DNA of 64,000 bases from assembly GCA_038227875.1 (NCBI GenBank), contig JBBRPR010000046.1, forward strand, positions 8,261-72,260. Direction: 5' to 3'. The stretch's first letter is position 1. The number at the start of each line of letters is the position of its first letter. The notes beneath the pieces are model-generated. The model did no database searches, was not told where the DNA came from, and worked only from the letters and a program-made list of their open reading frames with translations. Origin of the DNA: Planctomycetota bacterium. Lineage in GTDB: Bacteria > Planctomycetota > SZUA-567 > H5-PLA8. Position numbers and translations under genes: made by a program. This document shows, piece after piece, positions 19,160-29,205 of this stretch.

Positions 19160-19449
19160 TGGCGGGTGCCTTTCGGGCGTTCAACCAATTGCCAAACCCG
19201 CTCCAAGTGGCGTTGCGACTCAGGCGTCACGGCCGGCGCGCAGCCGATGCACTCAATGATGCCAGCACAAAACAGCGCGTTCACAACGTGGCCGATTCGG
19301 GGAGTGCCGGGGATTCCGTACTTCTTGCGAGTACGGCTTGCCGTGGTCGGTCCGGTACCCAATTCTGTAAGAAAGCAGCGCCTGAAATCCGGCGCGGGAT
19401 CCAAAACTGGCGGCTCACCAGCGGCAGAAAACAAGTCATCGCTTGTCAT
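19156..19449 (-). CDS. Hypothetical element protein
   Basis: GGAG RBS, ATG at 19449, stop overlaps the Prim-Pol start (ATGA). Confidence 0.6.
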   Translation of the reverse strand: MTSDDLFSAAGEPPVLDPAPDFRRCFLTELGTGPTTASRTRKKYGIPGTPRIGHVVNALFCAGIIECIGCAPAVTPESQRHLERVWQLVERPKGTRQ

Positions 19450-19639
19450 TGCCGCTCCAGTCCGAATGATTCTTGGACTCCAGGAAGGCGAATAGCCGTG
19501 CTCGATCGAATCGAATGGACTTGTCGGGCAAGAAGATTGCTGGAAGCAAGCCACGGCGGGCAAGCCTTGCCGCTTTGCCGTTTGGCAGCTTTAACAATTC
19601 ATCTACTTCGGTGGGTGTGAGAAACTCAGACACGCGCAA
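19436..19639 (-). CDS. Excisionase-like HTH (HTH_17/MerR-like) protein
   Basis: 'FLTPTEVDELLKL...ARLARRGLLPAIFL...IRFDRARLFAFLE'. Confidence 0.75.
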   Translation of the reverse strand: MRVSEFLTPTEVDELLKLPNGKAARLARRGLLPAIFLPDKSIRFDRARLFAFLESKNHSDWSGNDKR

Positions 19640-19690
19640 ACCCTCACTTTCCGAGAGTATTAACGCTTGTCGATAGCGGGATGTGGGCGG

Positions 19691-20380
19691 TCAGTTTTGC
19701 GGGGAGTTGCGGGAAGTCGACAGTTTTCGGTATTCGCGTGCACTTCCAGACCTGTTGTTGTGTTCTAAAAAGTGGGCTTTGGTCATCGCGTTCAACCAAT
19801 CGGTTCGAGTTGTGCGATCGTACTTGTTTCCGAGCGTTCCGGCCCTGAACCATGTGCCCGTCGTTTTAGCAACAGCTTCTAAAAAGTATTGATGCACGGC
19901 CTCCCCAATTCCGCTGGGACAGGTCGGCTGTTTACTCGCCACTTCGCCGCTGAATAGCCGATTTCGAACCAATGCCCGCTCCAAGTCTCTTGCAAGTTGC
20001 GTCGGGAAGGACCGTACGCGCTCTAACGTTCGCTCCCAGTGTCCGGCCTCTGCCAGGTCCACAGCGTCTTTCCAATCGTTTTCTAACTGTCGCTGTCTGT
20101 CGATGAAATCCGTAAGGACATTGAGCTCTTGTTCGTGAAGGGGGTATTTTTCAGTGACGGCAATTTCTTTGCACACATTGCCGAAAAGCGTCTCTTTCCA
20201 GTTGCGATCGCTCAAGTACACGGACATTTGCGAAGGACCAACGGCGCCATGTCCTCTGACTTTCAGGCTGCCTGTTACGCCGTCGAGTCGTTCGGACAGT
20301 TCTTGACCGTAACGCGCTCGCTCTGTGTCGATCGCCTTTTGGCCTTCGGTGCGTACTGCATCCCAATTCGGTGCATTCAT
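19691..20380 (-). CDS. Hypothetical element protein, possible C-terminal winged helix
   Basis: 229-aa ORF co-oriented with the element; C-terminus 'TTRTDWLNAMTKAHFLEH...AREYR' is wHTH-like by eye. Confidence 0.55.
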   Translation of the reverse strand: MNAPNWDAVRTEGQKAIDTERARYGQELSERLDGVTGSLKVRGHGAVGPSQMSVYLSDRNWKETLFGNVCKEIAVTEKYPLHEQELNVLTDFIDRQRQLENDWKDAVDLAEAGHWERTLERVRSFPTQLARDLERALVRNRLFSGEVASKQPTCPSGIGEAVHQYFLEAVAKTTGTWFRAGTLGNKYDRTTRTDWLNAMTKAHFLEHNNRSGSAREYRKLSTSRNSPQN

Positions 20381-20471
20381 GGCGCCGCTCCAGCGCTGCT
20401 CATTTGGTTATGCCGGGGGCTGTCCAGTTGAGCGACTGGACGGGGAGCTACCCCTGCCCCCAGCTGTGCTC

Positions 20472-20984
20472 TCAATGCTGCCGATTCAGAGAGCGGTAGA
20501 TCACAATCCAGACGCCGAGCAGCGTAGGCCAAAAGACTAAATTGGAGAGGGTGCACGTAACGAACAGGTGGAAGATCCCCGCCGACGACATGCCTCCGCC
20601 TGACAGCGATACGACATCAACAAACGAGATTACTGCGAAGATGACAGCAACGCACGTGCTCCACACCAGCCACCGATTGCCAGCCTGTTTACTCTCAAGC
20701 ACCAACGTAACGAGGTTGGTTTCGGTACTGCGATCATTGCTGGCTGGCGCAACGGCCCGCTCGAACTTCGCGCCAGTCCTGCCGGAACTTTGGTCCCATG
20801 CAGAGCGAGCGGATGGCGTTTCGCTGCGGGTCCCTTGGTTCCCCCCAGCGCCAACCGCGTTAGCAGCTTTCTGCGCTTCTCTGTGGGTACGGAATATTCC
20901 GGGGCTGCAATGCTCGCAGACACTCTTACCCGACGACGAAGTTAACAACTCGGCCGCCTGCCCGCAGTTCTCGCATTGTTCCAT
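20472..20984 (-). CDS. Zinc-finger-containing two-TM membrane protein (element cargo)
   Basis: CENC...CEHC at the N-terminus, two hydrophobic helices at the C-terminus, GAGGAG RBS. Confidence 0.65.
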   Translation of the reverse strand: MEQCENCGQAAELLTSSSGKSVCEHCSPGIFRTHREAQKAANAVGAGGNQGTRSETPSARSAWDQSSGRTGAKFERAVAPASNDRSTETNLVTLVLESKQAGNRWLVWSTCVAVIFAVISFVDVVSLSGGGMSSAGIFHLFVTCTLSNLVFWPTLLGVWIVIYRSLNRQH

Positions 20985-21333
20985 AGGCTCCTCACTTCAC
21001 TTTTTGCCCAAGGTTATTTTCATCCATTGCGTCTGTGATCCGCCGGTTCGGACCGATCGTCACATTCAGGTTGGGAGTCTATCGCGCATGCCCCGCAACG
21101 CAGCAATAAAGCGCCGCCAGCTGCTGCATTCTGGGGCGTTTTCATAGGTGGATTTCCCTTGGGGGCTGTGTGGAATTTAAAGACGGGCACGCGCTTTGGG
21201 GTGTCATCGGCTAACCAGTGGGGGTGCCGGGCACCTTAGAAAATTAGGCGACTACGCAACTCGAATCGTATCCGATCGGTGCCAACGCTTGCTTTTCAAT
21301 GCACGCGAATGCCGGGAGCAGTGGTCGGGGTGG

Positions 21334-21729
21334 TCACACGGGGCGAAATAGAAAGGCCACGTCTTCACCGTGGCCCATTCCCTGCATTTGCGGCGCGTCT
21401 GGCGAGCTCTCTACTTCGAACCCGATGTCTTTGACCATCGCGACGATGCCAGCGCGTAGCGCGTCCGGCAGCTTATCCCACGCGGCCACGACGGCGGCAA
21501 GATCGGCGGGCAGCGGATTCCGTTGGGTTGCCATTGGGTTGAACGCGTGGCCGGACGCGGTGTCTGTCTGTCGCGGTTGCGTCCGCTCATTGTCGAGCGT
21601 CGCTCGTACAACGTCGGGTGTCTTTTGTTGTTCGACGAATTGCGGCGCGGATTGACTCGAAACTGACGCGGTCCCGTCCGCTCTTGTAACGCCTTTAGAG
21701 AATACGCCCTGAGGGACTTGAACCCCCAA
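21334..21729 (-). other. Detached in-frame C-terminal portion of the integrase (rejoined on excision)
   Basis: Open frame starts within the att core with the same LGVQVPQGV peptide that ends the integrase and runs 122 more codons. Confidence 0.7.
21702..21729. repeat. att site (tRNA-proximal copy)
   Basis: Identical to 16100-16127; spans the T-arm and 3' acceptor strand of the tRNA. Confidence 0.95.
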
Positions 21730-21776
21730 CCTCCTGGTTCGAAGCCAGGCACTCTATCCAGTTGAGCTAAGGGCGC
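21703..21776 (-). tRNA. tRNA-Arg (anticodon TCG), CCA not encoded
   Basis: GCGCCCT acceptor, GCTC/GAGT D-stem, CCTGG-CT TCG AA-CCAGG anticodon arm, GGGGG-TTCAAGT-CCCTC T-arm, AGGGCGT-A. Confidence 0.96.
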
Positions 21777-21924
21777 TTAAATTTTCAATGTTGTTCGACG
21801 CTCATCTTACGCGGCACTCCGTCGCATTGCAAACGGGCTCCGAATTCAACCCGCGCCGGCGGCCGGATCCGGTGTAGATTGTTTTTGAAATTTGAAAACG
21901 CGACAGTGATCGGAGGCGACGGGG

Positions 21925-23372
21925 ATGCGGCTGCTTTCTGCGGCGGACATGCATATCAGCGATGCGGCGTCGTGCCGCGTGGCGCTGGAGTGCTTTGAGT
22001 GCGCGCTGCGGCAATTCCGCCCCGACGTCGTGGCCTGTCTGGGCGATCTTTTCGATAACCGCACGTTCCTGGAACAGTTCGGCCCTGAGTTTCACCGCCG
22101 ATTGCGCGCACTACATCCGGATTGGTTGTTTGTGTTTGGCAATCACGATGGCTCCGGAAATTCGCGAGGGCAGAACGACGATGGCTGGCGGACGTTTTGC
22201 GACCTCTTCGGTCCGGCTCAATACACTCGCGAAATCGGCGGCCACCATTTTGTCGTGCTGGCGAATGTACAGTCGGATTCCGGTTGGCAGGAGTTTGCTG
22301 ATGCGGAAACCCGCGCGGGCTCGGTTGTGCTGGCGCACCGGCCGCTGGACGCGGCCACGATCGAACGTTGCGCTGGCCGGGGCGCGCGGCTGATTCTCGC
22401 CGGCGATGCACATTCTTCTAAGATTTCCCGCAGCGCTGATGATTCTTGCGAGCAGCGCGTGCAGCCGCCGTTTCTGTTCGGCGGCCGGCTGGGAGACGCC
22501 GCGGGATTCAACGTCATCGATTTTGATGACGATGGGTATTCCTGCCAGTGGGTGACGCAGACGCTGCCTGCGATGCCGGGCAATTCGCGCGTCGTCGAGA
22601 ATGCGTGGCAACCGCGCTGGCGCACAAAGTCGGAGTCGAATTTTCCCGAACTGGCGGAGTGGTGCGACGTGGAGCCCTGTCGCTCGGACGAGTACCTTTG
22701 GTTCGGCGGCGCCGCGCGGCTGCAATGTTATCGTTCCGGCGTGCTGCACTGGGAGACGGACACAGCTTCGGCGACATGTGTCCGCCCGTCCATGTCCATC
22801 ACGGGGAGCGCAGCTTTCTGATCATCGGCGGAACGTGGGTCCCGGCGCCGTCTGGAACTTTTGCGTCGGTGATCGTGGTCGATCCGTTCACGGGAGACGA
22901 ATTTTATCGCGTGCCGGTGATCGGCGTGTCTCAATCGCCCACGGTTGTGGACGGTGTGATGTACATCGTCGGGCAGTGGCGGGAGATCATCGCAGTCGAC
23001 GTTGCGACAGGGAGGGAGTTGTGGCGCCGGCGCAGTCAGGTGGAGACGCCCGCCACGGCCGACCTCTCCTGGCATGATTGCCGTACAGGCGGAGGCTGGT
23101 CGGTCTGCGCGCCGGCGGTCGCCAAGCATGTCTGGACCGTGAACGCGCGCGGCGATTTGTTCGGCTATGACCGCCACAGCGGGCACGAGCGGTTTGTGTA
23201 TCCCATGGCCGTGCCACTCAACGCCGCGCCGACCTGCCCGTTTGCCAATCGGTTGGCTTGCGCACCCAAGGCGTTTCTCATCGCAGAGCAGACGCACGGC
23301 GGCGTGGTATTCAGCGTTAATGGGCAACGCATTAACGACAGCACCGGTGAGTTGTTGACGGCATCACGTTGA
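21925..23372 (+). pseudogene. Metallophosphoesterase plus PQQ-like beta-propeller protein, split by a frameshift near 22750-22765
   Basis: Frame 1 has DxH (ADMH), GD (LGDLFD), GNHD, AH, GDAH; overlapping frame 2 has propeller repeats (SPTVVDGVMYI, AVDVATGRELWR, GYDRHSGHERF). Confidence 0.65.
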
Positions 23373-23382
23373 CCGTCGCCTC

Positions 23383-23418
23383 ACTTGCACAAGTAAGTCG
23401 CTAAACTGTGCAAGTAAG
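23383..23418. promoter_or_regulatory. Inverted repeat, candidate regulator site upstream of the metalloprotease
   Basis: ACTTGCACA-N15-TGTGCAAGT; related TGTGCAGGTAAG at 23530-23541. Confidence 0.45.
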
Positions 23419-23618
23419 ACACTTAAATTCATTCCTGAAAATGTGTTACGGAAATATTCTGAACGGCAGTCACTTATTTAATGAAAGAAATCTTCGCGCT
23501 GAAGGAATATAAAAAGAGCAAAATCACATTGTGCAGGTAAGTGCAATGCGTAAAATGCACCACGAACAAATGGACTGTCTGGCAATCACAACTTGGATGA
23601 AACAAGAAAGGAGTTCTT

Positions 23619-25325
23619 GTGTCAAAACCTCGTAATCACAGAAATTTCTCTCCGCGCATGGCCTTGGCTACCTTAATGGTCATTGGCGGAACGCAGCTGG
23701 CGCTGCACGCTGAGGATGCCGCAAAACCGCGTCTGTTCAAACATACACCCCGCTACGTCGGACCCAGTCATCTCGTGAGCGGCCCGGTTGCGCCGCGCGC
23801 GGGCGGACTGACCTTTGTTCCAACATTCGACTCGTCGATCACGGGCGACAAGAATGCGACTGCCATCCAGGCGACGATCAATGCCGCCTTGACGGAGCTG
23901 GCTGCCAACTATTCCGATCCGGTCACCGTGCTGGTCACGTTTAAGAATGTGAAAACCGGGTTGGGCGCAAGTTCCACGTCGTACACCCAGGTCAGCTACA
24001 CTGATTTCCTGACGGCGCTGAAAGCCCACGCCAGCACCGCCAACGATGCGACTGCCTTGTCCCACGTTCCCACCCAGGCAAACAATCCCGTCAACAACGA
24101 TCCGAATATCACGCTGACACTCCCCAACGCCAGCGCGCTGGGCTTCTCCGCGGATCCGGGCACCGCGGACAGCACGGTAGAATTGAACATCAGCTTGATG
24201 AACATCACCGCGTCCGACTCCGATCCGCAGAAGTATTCCCTCCGCGAGACGGCGCTGCATGAACTGACCGAAGTGCTCGGCTCGTCGTCGGCGCTGGATT
24301 CGGGAACGACCGGCCCGGTCTGTCCGATCGACCTGTTCCGCTACGATGACAAGGGCAACCGCAGCTACACCCAGTCGCCCACCGCGCTGGCCTTTTTCTC
24401 CATCGATGTCGCGACCATGCTGGCGCAGTACAATCAGGATAAGAGCGGCGACTTTGGCGACTACTTCAGCGTCAACGGCAACCAAAAGCCCCAGATCCAG
24501 GACGCGTTTGGTTCGCCAGGTGTCTCCAATCTGCCATTGGGTGCGGAACTGATCACGCTGGATGTGGTCGGCTACAAGCGCATCGATGGCTCTGCACCCA
24601 CCACCGGTGGCGTCACGCCTCCGACACCGACCGCCCCGGTGATCGCATCCGCGGCAACCTGTAATCCGAATCCGGCCTACATTGGCGGACTGTGCGCGTT
24701 GTCGGTGAGCGCCACCGATCCGAATAACTCGCCCATCACCGTTGGATGGGATTTTGGCGACGGTTCGAAGGGCGCAGGCGCATCCACGTTCCATGCCTAC
24801 ACCACGGGTGGAAAGTACACCGCCACCGCGACGGTGATGGACGGTCTGGGACTTTCCACGACCAGCAGCGTTCTGGTCGATGTCAGTCTGACCATGATCA
24901 AGGCCGGCAGTGTGAAGCAGTCCTTCACGCTGAACTTCAAGTTTCCGAACAACGACGGCGGTGCCTCCAGCGGCAAGGACAAATTCGACATCACCCTGCA
25001 AAACGATGCCTTCACCACGTCGGCCGACGGCACCGACATTCAATTCATAATCGGCAACAACGTGATCGATCAGGGTACGCTCGATCGCAACAAGGCCTTT
25101 GGCGACGTCGGCAAGTTCACGGTGAATGTCCGCACGGGAACCATCCGCTACACGACGACGAAGGCGGCGCTGCAGTTCATGCTGAGCAACTTTGGTGCTG
25201 TCAACGACACCGTCAGCACCAGTCTGCAGCTTCCGATTTCATTCTCGTTCAACAATGCCATCTACGGCGACACGTACAATTTCTCGTACTTCAGCACAGC
25301 CGGCAGAATGGGTAAAGGCAAATAG
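23619..25325 (+). CDS. Secreted NF038122-like zinc metalloprotease with PKD domain
   Basis: Signal peptide, 'ALHELTEVLG', 'DLFRY', 'FFSID', PKD motif 'WDFGDGS...HAYTTGGKYTAT'. Confidence 0.8.
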   Translation: MSKPRNHRNFSPRMALATLMVIGGTQLALHAEDAAKPRLFKHTPRYVGPSHLVSGPVAPRAGGLTFVPTFDSSITGDKNATAIQATINAALTELAANYSDPVTVLVTFKNVKTGLGASSTSYTQVSYTDFLTALKAHASTANDATALSHVPTQANNPVNNDPNITLTLPNASALGFSADPGTADSTVELNISLMNITASDSDPQKYSLRETALHELTEVLGSSSALDSGTTGPVCPIDLFRYDDKGNRSYTQSPTALAFFSIDVATMLAQYNQDKSGDFGDYFSVNGNQKPQIQDAFGSPGVSNLPLGAELITLDVVGYKRIDGSAPTTGGVTPPTPTAPVIASAATCNPNPAYIGGLCALSVSATDPNNSPITVGWDFGDGSKGAGASTFHAYTTGGKYTATATVMDGLGLSTTSSVLVDVSLTMIKAGSVKQSFTLNFKFPNNDGGASSGKDKFDITLQNDAFTTSADGTDIQFIIGNNVIDQGTLDRNKAFGDVGKFTVNVRTGTIRYTTTKAALQFMLSNFGAVNDTVSTSLQLPISFSFNNAIYGDTYNFSYFSTAGRMGKGK

Positions 25326-25353
25326 TCCGGCTGAATAATCCGAAGCTGTAAAA

Positions 25354-25388
25354 CGGGAGGGGCGATCATCGCCCCTCCCGATTTTTTT
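25354..25388. terminator. Intrinsic terminator between convergent genes
   Basis: CGGGAGGGGCGAT-C-ATCGCCCCTCCCG followed by a T tract, with an A tract upstream. Confidence 0.85.
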
Positions 25389-25425
25389 GCCGCAGGCGTG
25401 TCCCGCGCGACCGGATCAACTTCAG

Positions 25426-28400
25426 CTATTCCTTTTTCTGCTCCATGACTTCGCGAATTTTGCGCGTCAGGCTGGCCGACGTAAAGGGCTTCTGGATAAA
25501 CGCCAGACCGGCATCCAGCGTGCCATGGCGCACAATGGCGTGGTCCGTGTATCCCGACGCGAAGAGCACCTTGATGTCCGGGGCTTGTGCCTTGATGCGC
25601 ACCGCCAGTTCCGGTCCACTCATTCCCGGCATGACCACATCACTTAAGAGCAGATCGACGCCCTTGTTTTCGCTGAACAACTTCAGTGCCTCGTCACCGT
25701 TCCCAGCGGCGAGGACCGTGTATCCGCTGTTGCTCAGAATGTCTCGCATTAAGTCCCGGACATATTCTTCGTCTTCCACAACCAGAATCACACCATGTCC
25801 GAAGGTTATGCGAGGATCCACGCTGGTTGAGGACCGCGCCAGCTCTTCCTCGGTTCGCGGAAGATAGATCTTGAACGTCGTACCTTTACCGACCTCGCTA
25901 TAAACCTGAATATGTCCGTTGCTCTGTTTCACCACGCCGAACACCATCGCCAGACCCAGGCCGGTGCCCTGGCCCCGCGGCTTGGTGGTATAGAACGGTT
26001 CGAAGATCCGGGTCTTGACCACCGAGTCCATGCCATGACCCGTGTCACTGACGGCCAGCAACACGTGCGGTCCGGGCTTCAGCTCCGGCCGGGTCGCGCA
26101 GAATTCTTCACTGAGTTCCACATTGGCGGTTTCCAGCGTGACCTTCCCGCCGTCGGGCATGGCATCGCGCGCGTTAACCATCAGGTTCACAATGACCTGT
26201 TCAATTTGTCCGGGATCCACCTTTACGCGCATCAACTTCGGATCGAGTTTGGTCGAAATGTCGATATCTTCGCGGACCATCCGCCGCAGCATCATGTCCA
26301 TATCCATCACGACGGTATTGAGATCCAGCACCACCGGCTGCAGCACCTGCTGGCGGCTGAAGGCCAGCAGCTGCCGGGTCAGTCCCGCGGCGCGTTCGCC
26401 GGTTTTGAAAATGAGCTCCAGGTCACGGCGTGTTTTGTCTTCGGGTTCGAAGCGATCCATGGCGATCTGACTGCGACCGTTGATCACCGTGAGCAGGTTG
26501 TTGAAATCGTGCGCCACGCCGCCGGCCAGCTGCCCGACAACTTCCATCTTCTGAGCCTGGCGTAGTTGCGCCTCCAGCTTGACGCGCTCGGAGATGTCAC
26601 GAATGTTGCATTGGATCACCTTCTTGTTGCCCACTGCGTAACTGTTGCTGACGAACTCCACCGCGATCTGGCGCCCGTCCTTGGTCTTCAGCGGCATGTT
26701 TTCAAAACGGATGTATTCCTTGATCTGAAGTTCGATGAACGCGGCCTTGGAGGCCACGATCTTCTCAAACACCCCGATTTCCCACAGCTCCTTCCCCAGC
26801 ACCTCGTCCAGCGTATAGCCCAGCAAATTCATCAGATACGGATTGCAGTCCGTAATCTTGCCGCTGAAAGCGTTGAGGATCAGGATGCCATCCTTCGCCG
26901 CTTCGAAAAGGCGGCGGAACTGTGCTTCCTTTTCCGAGATGGCAAACTCCGCCAGTTTGCGTTCGGAGATTTCCTGTACCGCGCCGTAAAAGTTCAAGGC
27001 CTCCCCTGCCGCGTTGCCCGCCACTCTCCCGCGTGCCTGCAACCAACGGAACGTTCCATCCTTCTGCCAGACCCGGTACTCAATGTCGTACGTCCCGCAG
27101 GTGTCGATCGCACGCTTCAACGCCGCGCCAACTCCGGGCTGGTCGTTCTCATGAATGGCTTGAAGGTAGGCTTGGGCGGGCAATCCCTTCTCCGCCATTT
27201 TCGCATCGAGGGAAAACATGCGCGCCGTGAAGCTGTCCGCGATCAGGTTGTCGTGAACGATATCCCAACTCCACGTCCCAATCGCGCCCGCTGCGAGTGC
27301 CGACGAGAGCCGCACTTGCGCGTCAAGCAGTTCCGCTTCGTGCTGCTTGCGCATCGAGATGTCGCGCACCGCCATCACGATATAGTTGCGGTCGAGCGGT
27401 ACCCACTTCGCGCTGTATTCCACTGGAAACGTCGTACCGTCCTTACGCCGATGGAGTCCTTCGCCACTGATGGATCCGGCCGCGCGCAAGGCGTCGATCT
27501 TTTGCGGCCAGTTCACGGCGGTGATAGAGGGATCGACGTCGCTCAAGCGCAGCCTCAGGAATTCAGTACGGGTGTACCCCAGTTCAACGCAACCCTTGTC
27601 GTTGACATCCAGAAACCGTCCCGTCTGCGCGTCGATGACTTCAAACGTGTCGTTGGACTGGTCGACCAGTGTGCGGAACAGGCGCAGCGCCGCCTCGCCT
27701 TTTTTGCGATCCGTGACGTCGCGCGCCACTTTCGATGCGCCAATCACGTTGCCTTCGGCGTCTTTGAGCGGCGAGGCGGTAACGGAAACGTCAATCCGCG
27801 CACCGGATTTGGTCTGACGCTCCGTTTCGAAATGTTCCACGCTTTTACCGGACCTGATCTTCTCCAGAATATGCGTCTCCTCGTCTGCGCGCTCGGGAGG
27901 AATCAGACGCATGATGGAAAAACCGACCATTTCGCTTGCCGTATATCCAAATATCTTTTCAGCGCCCCTGTTCCAACTGGTTACAATGCCGTTCAAGTCT
28001 TTGCTGATAATGGCGTCTTCGGACGATTCGACGATGCTGGCCATTTGCCTGCGCACGGTTTCCGCCAATTCCCGGCGGACATCCACACGATGAAGGATCA
28101 CGGCGTTAAACCAGACCAGCGCGCCAAAGATCAGGGTATCTGAGAGAATGAACAGCCACGACGCCGACTCGGCGTCCACCCAGCCGCTGGCGGTGAAACG
28201 CGATTCCACCCAGTTCATCAGAAGTGGGCCGAGCAACATGGGCAGCAACAAGCGCCGGGCAATCAAGCCTCCGGAACTGTTGCTCACCAGCAACGCCATC
28301 AACCCGCCATCCGTACGCGTACACAGCAACCCCGCCCCCAGCAGCACAAAGCAACTCGCTCCGTGAACAGTCAAGGATTCAAAGGCCGAGAGCGTCGCCG

Positions 28401-28916
28401 AGCCGAAGAAATAGCGTGAAAGTCCCAGCCAGCCGATCAACAGCGACGTCAACGTGAGAAATTGAAATGTCCTGAAATAACGCCGGCTTGTCGCCAGCAG
28501 CAGGGCGCTGCCGAGCAGCAGCCGATTCAGCGCACCAGCCATTCCCAGTCGTGTTGGAGACGCGACAGCGCGAGCATCGTAAAAGCCCAGCAGATCCAAA
28601 CCCAATTTCCATCCGCCCAGGTGTTCCATCCACTTGAGCACGCCAATCAGAATTACCAAGCTTGCGCAAATTTGAGAAACACGAACTAATTTCGCATTCC
28701 CATCGTTGGCCCTTGCCGGCATGCCAATGATATTCCGGCCAGAACGTGTCCCGCCGCTGCGAGCGGCGACATATTCGACCAGATGGGCAAGATGCATTTC
28801 AGAAACTGAATTCCGAAGCACCATCCCAACAGCACCGCGAGGCCCACAAGCGTAACAATGTCGCCAGTAGTTCTGGAAATGAGCTGGGGCCAGCGTGGAG
28901 GTGTCGAGGTATTCAT
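25426..28916 (-). pseudogene. Membrane-bound multi-PAS hybrid histidine kinase with a frameshift near 28690-28730
   Basis: Main ORF has four PAS domains, VAHDFNN H-box, NARDAM, G-boxes and a receiver; the first two TM helices lie in a different frame (ATG 28916 to stop 28686). Confidence 0.75.
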
Positions 28917-29205
28917 CAGTACATCGCTTCTATAAATTGCCGGCAACAAAACCGACACGATCACATCCAGTATGGCACAGGTCCTATAACCTACACATTT
29001 CTTATAGGGCAGTACCGGACGCGATAAAGCCCTAAACTGTCGAATTGTGGCAGCATTCGCTTGTTTTGGACTTCCACGAAATCACACTGCGCAAATTCTT
29101 CCGCGTGAGTTTTCAATTGAGGCCCGAATTTGCTCGACAAAGGTGGCATGCCGCACTACAAAAACTTGGATAGAAGCAGCATAAATTTCAGCGACGGAGA
29201 ATACC

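Larger units (their letters stand above)
16100..21729 (-). mobile_element. tRNA-Arg-targeting integrative element (about 5.6 kb; satellite/integrative-plasmid-like) with integrase, RHH, two HTH genes and Prim-Pol
   Basis: 28-bp direct repeats at both ends, one forming the tRNA 3' end; all genes co-oriented, several with ATGA overlaps. Confidence 0.92.

Noticed and set aside
21411..21752. 113-aa ORF starting inside the tRNA
   Set aside because: Overlaps the tRNA and is out of frame with the integrase; the 21334-21729 frame explains the region better.
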